This document shows positions 8,361 through 16,003 of a stretch of 17,573 bases of DNA, piece by piece. Position 1 is the first letter of the stretch, and each line of letters begins with the position of its first letter. This stretch comes from Candidatus Bathyarchaeota archaeon (GTDB lineage: Archaea; Thermoproteota; Bathyarchaeia; Bathyarchaeales; Bathycorpusculaceae): NCBI GenBank assembly GCA_963775895.1, contig CAVZKL010000002.1, positions 1 through 17,573 on the forward strand. The letters run 5' to 3'. The notes beneath the pieces were generated by a model. That model searched no databases, was not told the origin of the DNA, and saw only the letters and a list, made by a program, of their open reading frames with translations. Both the position numbers and the translations under genes were made by a program.

Positions 8361-8825
8361 CTAGAACTGTTGAAGAACGTCCTTCTTCTCGACAATGTAA
8401 CCACAATAATGGCACTTCAACGACAAGGGTTCTTCAGAATCAACGTAGAACTTGGCCTTAACGGGTTCATTGCTATTGCTTATGCAAGCCGGGTTCGTGC
8501 ACTTGATAATGCCCTCGATGACCTTGGGTAACTTCACTTCCTCCTTTTTCACCACTTTGTAGTCACGAATTATGTTTATGCTTGCGTGCGGTGCGATCAA
8601 AGCAATCTTGTGCACTTCTTGGGGTTTGAGTTCTCGACCTTCAATTTTGACGATATCCTTCCTCTTGAAACGTTTGCTCGGTACGTTCATGGCTATTGTG
8701 ATGGGGCTCTCTTCTTTACCGGTTATTCCTAGGATTTTCACCACATCTAGCGCGTGTCCACTCGTAATATGGTCAATGACAGTGCCATTCTTGATTTTAG
8801 AAACACGCAACTCAGTTTCCATCAT
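8361..8825 (-). CDS. pyrI: Aspartate carbamoyltransferase regulatory chain
   Basis: IKNGTVIDHI, KDIVKIE and Zn ligands CTNPACIS...CHYC. Confidence 0.98.
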   Translation of the reverse strand: MMETELRVSKIKNGTVIDHITSGHALDVVKILGITGKEESPITIAMNVPSKRFKRKDIVKIEGRELKPQEVHKIALIAPHASINIIRDYKVVKKEEVKLPKVIEGIIKCTNPACISNSNEPVKAKFYVDSEEPLSLKCHYCGYIVEKKDVLQQF

Positions 8826-8970
8826 CTGGAAGTTCCCCTCTCAGGACATGCCTTATGCGGTGCACACAGATAAAAAACTTCACTCTGTCCACAACAACTT
8901 CAAAGTGCGTTCTCCAAAGGTTACCGCTAACGCTTATTAGGGGTAGTTGAAGATTTTCCGTTGAGGCAAT

Positions 8971-9441
8971 ATGGTGGTGCGAAAGAAGAGCTGGTCAGAA
9001 AAATTGGCAGACAGCAAGGACCTGCCACGAGTTGAGAAAATCAACGCCAAAATGAGCACGCGCTGGGGAGCGGGCACAATAGTCGTTCCAGCTCCGAGAG
9101 AAGTCGACGAGATCATGAGAAAAGTGCCGGAGGGGAAAGTGACGACAATAAACGAAATTCGTGCCGCTCTGGCGAGAAAACACAACGCTACCATTGGCTG
9201 TCCGATCACGACCGGGATTTTTGCACGAATTGCAGCGGGCGCAGCAGAAGAACAAAGGGCGAAGGGGACGGACATTACGCCCTATTGGCGAACGCTTAAG
9301 GCTTGCGGAGAAATAAACGCGAAATATCCAGGAGGAGTCGATGGTCAGAAAAGGATTCTGGAGAAGGAAGGACACAAGATCGCTCGGAAGGGCAAGAAAT
9401 ACGTTGTAGTAGACTTCGAAAAGTCATTGGCTAAAATTTGA
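8971..9441 (+). CDS. MGMT-family DNA-binding protein, alkyltransferase-like (no active-site Cys)
   Basis: VPEGKVTT...PYWRT where active MGMT has PCHRV; GGVDGQKRILEKEG tail. Confidence 0.85.
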   Translation: MVVRKKSWSEKLADSKDLPRVEKINAKMSTRWGAGTIVVPAPREVDEIMRKVPEGKVTTINEIRAALARKHNATIGCPITTGIFARIAAGAAEEQRAKGTDITPYWRTLKACGEINAKYPGGVDGQKRILEKEGHKIARKGKKYVVVDFEKSLAKI

Positions 9442-9527
9442 CCGAAAAGTAATGCCACGCCAGGCCTATTTCGGCTGTCGGCTTCTTCAATAGCAGGCTT
9501 GCATGGTGACAAATTCTTATCTAGTAG

Positions 9528-10475
<948 letters not shown>

Positions 10476-10491
10476 GGCGCTTTGTCGGCTT

Positions 10492-11490
10492 TCAGGCTCC
10501 TTCGAAACGGTCAAAAAAGACAAGGGTTCCTGTCGCTTCGCACAAGGGACATTTGCGCAGCAGACCGTACCAGCTTTTCCTGCAATGCACGCAGTATGTG
10601 AGTCTGCGTTCGTAGGTGAAGAAGGCGACTTGATTTTCAGCGAGCTGTTTTGTTATCGTTACAAGTTCGTCTGTTTCAATCTTGGCATCACCGAGTCCGA
10701 TCACGGTGAGGCTTCCGCTTTCGCTCAGTTCGGTGGTTTTTGCGTTGAAAGCCATAGGCTCGGTGAGCTTTCCAGCGCTGAGGGTTGATCTGTTGGTTGT
10801 TGAGTAGAAGGGTTTTTCCCTTGGGCCTGAAAATCTCACTTTTGCGATACCGTACTTCTCGACGTCAGCCTGTGCGAGTCTTTCTCCAGCGTCATCATTG
10901 AATAGCAATGCGGGAGAGACGCGTTTTCCTCGTCTCTTTCCGATCTTGTGAATGTAGTTTGAGACGTTCTGTCCCACTTCTGAGGTGAATGCGAGGGTTT
11001 TCTCTGGGTTTAGGTTTCCTTCACAGAATGCTTCCGCGGCTTCTCTGAGTCCCGCGAGGTTTACTATTCGGGAGCACTTGTCCAATCTGAAGTATTGGTC
11101 GCCGTTCTCGCCTTGCATTATGAAGGGGAGCAGGTTTCGGCCTCGGTGTCTCACGAACGTGTACTTGATTTCTAGGGCTCGGTTTGCCATTTCTGTTTTT
11201 TCTTTCAGGGTCTCGAGGAACTTTGTCTTGTCTTTTCCTGCTTCGTAGGCAACGCGTGGCACGTTGACTGTTACCGTGCCCAGTAACCCCGTGCGCAGAG
11301 TGTCTGTTTCCCAGTCGCCGTCTGGGTCTGGGCTCAGCCGAAAGCCTGTTGGGGAAAAGGTGTCGTGGGTTTGTTCTTTCTTGAGCAGGTTGGCAAACGA
11401 GACGATGCCCGTGTCTGAGGCGAGTTTGTGTGCTTTCAGTAGCAGGGCTCTTGCTCTTTCGTCTGTGAATGTTTCGGGACGAATCTTCAC
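10492..11490 (-). CDS. nrdD: C-terminal half of an NrdD-like (class III RNR fold) protein, catalytic motifs degenerate
   Basis: GLLGTVTVNVPRVAYEA, GLREA, ERLAQADVEKYG and CVHC-x10-CPLC match the NrdD pattern. TGFR replaces GCR and there is no RxxGY. Confidence 0.8.
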   Translation of the reverse strand: MKIRPETFTDERARALLLKAHKLASDTGIVSFANLLKKEQTHDTFSPTGFRLSPDPDGDWETDTLRTGLLGTVTVNVPRVAYEAGKDKTKFLETLKEKTEMANRALEIKYTFVRHRGRNLLPFIMQGENGDQYFRLDKCSRIVNLAGLREAAEAFCEGNLNPEKTLAFTSEVGQNVSNYIHKIGKRRGKRVSPALLFNDDAGERLAQADVEKYGIAKVRFSGPREKPFYSTTNRSTLSAGKLTEPMAFNAKTTELSESGSLTVIGLGDAKIETDELVTITKQLAENQVAFFTYERRLTYCVHCRKSWYGLLRKCPLCEATGTLVFFDRFEGA

Positions 11491-12695
11491 GGTGAGGTTT
11501 GGCCGGTCAGCGGTTTGTGTGTTCTTTCTTCATCGAGAGCTTCGAGCAATAGGCTTGCTAGCAGTTGGGCTTGTTCTTTGAAGTCTTTGTACGTTCCGAC
11601 GCGTTTTCCGAGGGCGCCGATTGCGGGTTTCTTTTCTAGGAAGCTGGGTGGAGCCAGTTCCAGGCCGAGTGAGACGTTTGTGTGTCGGGTCAGGTTGGAT
11701 GTGAAGAGGCGTAGTAGCTGTTTGATTTTGGTGGGTTCGACGTTTTTGGCGAAGGGGGACAGGAAGACGTTGAAGTAGTCGACTGTTTGTGTGCTGTCGA
11801 CTTCTCTGGCGGTGTAGAGCAGTGCGTTGAGGGTGAGGTCGATGGCGTGTTCGAGGTCTTGCGGTGGTGGGTACGATTGAAGGTTGGGGTTGATTTCTTC
11901 GAGGTTTAGGCCTTTTTCTATGAAGAATCTGAGGTCGTGCATTATCTCGCTTGGTTTTAGGATCCAGGAGTTTAGGTTGTCGATGTGTAGTGCTCCTGAC
12001 AGGTGTGCGTCTGAGATGTCTCTTGGGAGGATGTTCAGCAGCGTGTATTCTTTGAACACGGTTTGTCCGGCGAGTTCTTGTACTGAGGGTGTTGCTTGGA
12101 GGTTTTTGTTCTTTGTTTCGATTAGAGTGGTTACGTCGTGGACGGGGACGCCGAGTCTTGTGAGTTTGTGTCGGTAGTCTTCGAGGCCGTTTTCTATCAG
12201 GATGGTGTTTACGACTTCTCGTACGAGGGGGGCGGTGAGGTATTTGGTTTTTGAGCGGGTGAGTTGTTTTTCTGCTTCTTTGGCGATTTTTTGTGCGAGT
12301 TCTGCGGGCATCTTGGCTTCTTTTATGAGTGAGTTGGCGATTTTGTTCGTGTCGAATTCTTCGAGTGCGAGACGGCTGGTGCGGACGAGGGTGGTTTTGG
12401 TTTTAAGGGCTTTTTTGTCTATGCGGTCTGCGACGTCGATGACCATTTTGCCGAGTTCGGTGAGGAGGTATTTTCTTGTTTCGACGTCTGTTTCGGCTAG
12501 GTCTGCTTTTAGCAGGAATTTTAGGTGATAGGCGAATCTTCCTGCGTCTCGGCTTGGGTTCATTTTTAGTTGGCTCATGAGTTCTGTGTAGGAGAGGGGG
12601 CCTCTGTCGAAGAGCAGGTTTAGTATTTGCAGTCTCAGGGGTGAGGAGACGGCTTTGAGCACTCTTACTCCTCGCACGCGTTGCGGTGTGGACAT
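11487..12695 (-). CDS. nrdD: ArsR-type HTH + ATP-cone + N-terminal half of NrdD-like fold
   Basis: LKAVSSPLRLQILNLL...YHLKFLLKADL (ArsR wHTH); VRTSRLALEEFDTNKIANSL...LVREVVNTIL (ATP cone); DAHLSGALHI...HDLRFF (NrdD). No Cys in 402 aa. Confidence 0.85.
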   Translation of the reverse strand: MSTPQRVRGVRVLKAVSSPLRLQILNLLFDRGPLSYTELMSQLKMNPSRDAGRFAYHLKFLLKADLAETDVETRKYLLTELGKMVIDVADRIDKKALKTKTTLVRTSRLALEEFDTNKIANSLIKEAKMPAELAQKIAKEAEKQLTRSKTKYLTAPLVREVVNTILIENGLEDYRHKLTRLGVPVHDVTTLIETKNKNLQATPSVQELAGQTVFKEYTLLNILPRDISDAHLSGALHIDNLNSWILKPSEIMHDLRFFIEKGLNLEEINPNLQSYPPPQDLEHAIDLTLNALLYTAREVDSTQTVDYFNVFLSPFAKNVEPTKIKQLLRLFTSNLTRHTNVSLGLELAPPSFLEKKPAIGALGKRVGTYKDFKEQAQLLASLLLEALDEERTHKPLTGQTSP

Positions 12696-12745
12696 CCTTT
12701 CTCGCCAAACCCCTCGTGGTGGTAAGCGTACTATTGGCGGCTTGG

Positions 12746-12753
12746 GTTTAAAG
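12746..12753 (-). promoter_or_regulatory. TATA box for the ArsR-NrdD-like gene
   Basis: CTTTAAAC on the minus strand, about 50 nt upstream of ATG 12695. Confidence 0.45.
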
Positions 12754-12972
12754 CTGTTAGGATTATTTGGGTTTTCTCTTTCGCGCGTGTTAAACGCTTT
12801 AGTCGAGGGTGGACTTTCTGATTTTTGGACAGAAATGTCTGTTGAGTGGTAGCGTGTATATCGGTTTTGGTAAGTAGCTTTATATGTTATAGAAGGGCTG
12901 GAGTATTGTTCTAGAAGATTTGGACAGATGTTTCACACTGAATCGTTTAAATATGTCGTAAGCAGAACTTGA

Positions 12973-13686
12973 ATGGGGTGGGGTTGGGAGCGCGGTTGCG
13001 TTGGCTCTTCCATGTTTTCTTGTCTGTGGGGCGCCCTCCTCTACCTGGTAAGACCCATAGCCTACGTCAGAGGCAGCCTCCTCAGCACGACGGCCACAAC
13101 ACTCTACCAAACCATCGACAGAATAATCAGAGACCTCAACTGCAAAGGCAAACCAATCTATTTTCCACCCTACCCCAAAGGAGCCTACCTTCCTCAACAC
13201 CTGAAGGGCCTCAAGGAAACAGTCACCTTCATACCCCTGGACACCGGCCAGACCGCGCCGTCGATTGAAGAGATGGCCACGAGCAAATTCATAACCAAAA
13301 ACCCCAGAGGAGTAATCCTCTTCCCACCAGGCTCAAGCTTCCTAGACCAGTTTGAAACACTCCTCAGAACCGACATCACAAAAATGAGCCTCGAAGACCT
13401 CTCCACCACCCTACCCCAAATGATAATCGAAAACTTCCAACTCGCCAAAGAAATAGAAATAAAACCAGAAAACAACCAAATCATCCTAAAAATAACCGGC
13501 TCAATCTACAAAAACCTGTACCTCGACCCAAACCTCAAAAGCGTCACACTCCTCGGCGACCCACTCACAAGCGCCATAACCTGCACAATAGCCAAAACCA
13601 CGGGCAAACAAGCCACAATCCAAACCCTACAAATCACACCGGACGCGGAAACAATTCAAGCAACCATCGAACTCAAAGAAGGATAA
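12973..13686 (+). CDS. Conserved-type archaeal hypothetical protein, possibly 5'-truncated or membrane-associated
   Basis: 237-aa ORF, protein-like from LWGALLYLVRP onward; the first ~17 residues are atypical. Confidence 0.72.
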   Translation: MGWGWERGCVGSSMFSCLWGALLYLVRPIAYVRGSLLSTTATTLYQTIDRIIRDLNCKGKPIYFPPYPKGAYLPQHLKGLKETVTFIPLDTGQTAPSIEEMATSKFITKNPRGVILFPPGSSFLDQFETLLRTDITKMSLEDLSTTLPQMIIENFQLAKEIEIKPENNQIILKITGSIYKNLYLDPNLKSVTLLGDPLTSAITCTIAKTTGKQATIQTLQITPDAETIQATIELKEG

Positions 13687-13690
13687 CCCA

Positions 13691-13903
13691 ATGAACCTAC
13701 ACTTCCCACTCTCAGTATCCGACATCGGACTCTGGCTCGCCGTAACCGCCATAATCCTCCTCATAACCTCAGAAATCCTCACCAGCTCAACAGGCCGACT
13801 CGGAAACGTCGCAATACAAAAACAACGCCTCAGACTCGCAGCACTAGCCCTAGGAATAGCATTCATGGCCACAGTCGTCCTACGCATCATCCAACCCACC
13901 TAG
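13691..13903 (+). CDS. Small 2-TM membrane protein
   Basis: 70 aa, two hydrophobic helices, starts 4 nt after the previous stop. Confidence 0.8.
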   Translation: MNLHFPLSVSDIGLWLAVTAIILLITSEILTSSTGRLGNVAIQKQRLRLAALALGIAFMATVVLRIIQPT

Positions 13904-14076
13904 CCCGAAAAACATCAACCCCAGTTCCTACTTTTCACACAGCAACCCAGCCTTCCCAAGTCCAATCGTACGCGGAAAACTCAACCCGCATGAGACCAGA
14001 AGGCCCAGCACAAGCCAAACACACATCCAACCACACTGATCACCAGCCCCAACCAAAGCCCCGCCCACCCCGCGAA

Positions 14077-14156
14077 CATATTTGGATCCTAATATTCATG
14101 ATACATTGAAACCGAGGAGGGGAGGGTACACAATAAGCCTTTTTTCAGCGAATAAA
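14077..14156 (-). repeat. Copy B of the ~80-bp duplicated promoter/leader cassette
   Basis: Near-identical to 5557-5635, same orientation, 8520 bp away. Confidence 0.95.
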
Positions 14157-14222
14157 CCCCCCTTTTCCGACACGCAGATTAATGAGAACATTCATGAGTA
14201 TACAGAGAGAGGGGAAGGCTAC

Positions 14223-14846
14223 TTGCAGAGCAGATGGCAAACGTTAACCGTCCTTCTAGCCATGCTCCTGTCAATCAGCATCCTCTGGTCCCTACAAACC
14301 GCAACCCACACCTCCAGCGTCTCAGCCATCCAAACAGCCGGAACCCTCAAAGTCTACTGGGACCCCAACTGCACCACACAAGTCACCTCCATAGACTGGG
14401 GAAACATGAGCCTAGGACAAACAAAGAACACAAAACTCTACATCAGAAACGAAGCCTCAACCCCAGCGTACCTCATCGCAAGCGACAACAACTGGAACCC
14501 CACAGAAGCCCAGAACTACATCCAATTCGCCTTCGACATCCAAGGCCAAAAAATCCAAGCCGGCCAAGTCAAGAACGTGACCTGCACCCTCACCGTCTCC
14601 TGGGAAACAACCAACATATCCACCTACACCTTCAACATCCTCATCAAAACCCTAGACTCCCTGCCCGGCGACCTCAACAACGACGGCACAGTCAACATCA
14701 AAGACATAGCCATCTTCGTAAAACTCTTCGGCACCACACCAGCCTCACCACAATGGAACCCAAACGCCGACCTCAACGGAAACCTCAAAATAGACATGCG
14801 AGACATAGCCCTAGCCGTACAAGCCTTCGGAAACACAGCATCATAG
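14223..14846 (+). CDS. Secreted protein with C-terminal dockerin-type double Ca-binding domain
   Basis: Signal-like TLTVLLAMLLSISILWSL; PGDLNNDGTVNIKD...WNPNADLNGNLKIDMRD. Start moved to TTG 14223 because 14082-14222 covers repeat copy B. Confidence 0.85.
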   Translation: MQSRWQTLTVLLAMLLSISILWSLQTATHTSSVSAIQTAGTLKVYWDPNCTTQVTSIDWGNMSLGQTKNTKLYIRNEASTPAYLIASDNNWNPTEAQNYIQFAFDIQGQKIQAGQVKNVTCTLTVSWETTNISTYTFNILIKTLDSLPGDLNNDGTVNIKDIAIFVKLFGTTPASPQWNPNADLNGNLKIDMRDIALAVQAFGNTAS

Positions 14847-14987
14847 CACTCTCACAACCGAAAAACAAGCAGGCACGCGCCAGTTGCCGAATCTTGTCCT
14901 CTATGCAGTTTTGCGGAAATCACACAGTGCCACTGTCGCTCTTATTCTTCTATAAGCGTTCGCTTTAAAACAGTCGAACGCAAGATT

Positions 14988-15908
14988 ATGTTATTGGGGA
15001 CCGATGTGCCCATAAATGAAATAGACCTGCTCCTGACCTACAAGTGCAACCTGGAATGTGATCACTGTTTTGTTTTCGGAAGTCCTGACGCAAGAGGAGT
15101 CATGAAACTGTCCGACATAGAGGAGATCCTGAATCAAGCAGAAAAAGTGGGAAGCATCGAATGGATCTACATAGAAGGCGGTGAACCAGTCCTCTACTAT
15201 CCAATCCTCTTGCACGGTCTAAGAGAAGCGAGGAAACGTGGGTTCAAAACAGGGTTCATCACGAACGCCTACTGGGCAACGTCAGTCGAAGACGCGAAGA
15301 AATGGCTCAAACCCATCGCAGAGATAGGCATACAAGACGCGATAATAAGCGATGACCTCTTCCACTACGGAAAAGACGAAGAAAACCTCGCGAGCTACGC
15401 CTTTCAGGCGGGCAAGGAGCTTGGGATACCCGTAAGCAACATCCACATCGAGGATCCAAAGCAGTACATGAAAGAAAAGGAATGGAAGGGAAAACCCGTC
15501 ACGGAGGGCGCAGTGCTCTTCAAGGGAAGGCCCGCCGTGAAGCTCGTTGAAGGATTGCCGAGGAAACCTTGGAAAACGTTCGACAAATGCTTGGACGAGG
15601 ATTTCTCCAATCAGAAACGAGTGCACGTTGATCCTTTCGGATACGTTCATCTGTGCCAAGGAGTAACGATGGGCAACATGAAAAGGACGCCGCTTCACGT
15701 CCTGTTCAAAGAGTTCGACCCGCAAAAACATCCCATATGCGGACCGATCCTGAAAGGAGGCCCGGCTGAACTCGTCAGAACTTACCATGTTCAACATGAA
15801 GAAGGCTACGTTGACGAATGCCACCTGTGCTATTCGACTCGCTTGAAGCTGAGAAAGATGTTCCCTGAGGTTCTTGCACCAGATCAGATGTATGGAACAA
15901 GTAGTTGA
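14988..15908 (+). CDS. Radical SAM protein with C-terminal auxiliary Cys cluster
   Basis: CNLECDHC, EGGEP, ITNAYW; distal C...HVDPFGYVHLCQ...PIC...ECHLC; TTTAAA about 20-25 nt upstream. Confidence 0.92.
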   Translation: MLLGTDVPINEIDLLLTYKCNLECDHCFVFGSPDARGVMKLSDIEEILNQAEKVGSIEWIYIEGGEPVLYYPILLHGLREARKRGFKTGFITNAYWATSVEDAKKWLKPIAEIGIQDAIISDDLFHYGKDEENLASYAFQAGKELGIPVSNIHIEDPKQYMKEKEWKGKPVTEGAVLFKGRPAVKLVEGLPRKPWKTFDKCLDEDFSNQKRVHVDPFGYVHLCQGVTMGNMKRTPLHVLFKEFDPQKHPICGPILKGGPAELVRTYHVQHEEGYVDECHLCYSTRLKLRKMFPEVLAPDQMYGTSS

Positions 15909-16003
15909 CTACCGGGCGTGCAAGTTTTATAACCTCGCGCGCCACAGAAAATGCTCCCAAAAGGTTATTTTCTGGTTTCACCAAGCCATAATGGGGGAAG
16001 AGC

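Noticed and set aside
8361-8363. Genome-wide TAG recoding to pyrrolysine
   Set aside because: TAG ends pyrI and other genes at their expected C-termini
12860-12900. dif site at the skew switch
   Set aside because: No 11-6-11 inverted repeat found; TTTATATGTTATA is better read as a TATA element
14082-14222. N-terminal 47 aa of the listed 254-aa ORF
   Set aside because: It translates the non-coding repeat cassette and would bury the signal peptide
14234-14968. 244-aa H/P/Q/R-rich ORF, and similar ORFs at 12403-12708 and 12969-13268
   Set aside because: Shadow frames of real genes, kept open because A+C skew depletes stop codons
14988-15908. Radical SAM gene as the NrdG activase
   Set aside because: Has a C-terminal auxiliary Cys cluster unlike NrdG, is not operonic with the NrdD-like gene, and that protein lacks the target glycine motif
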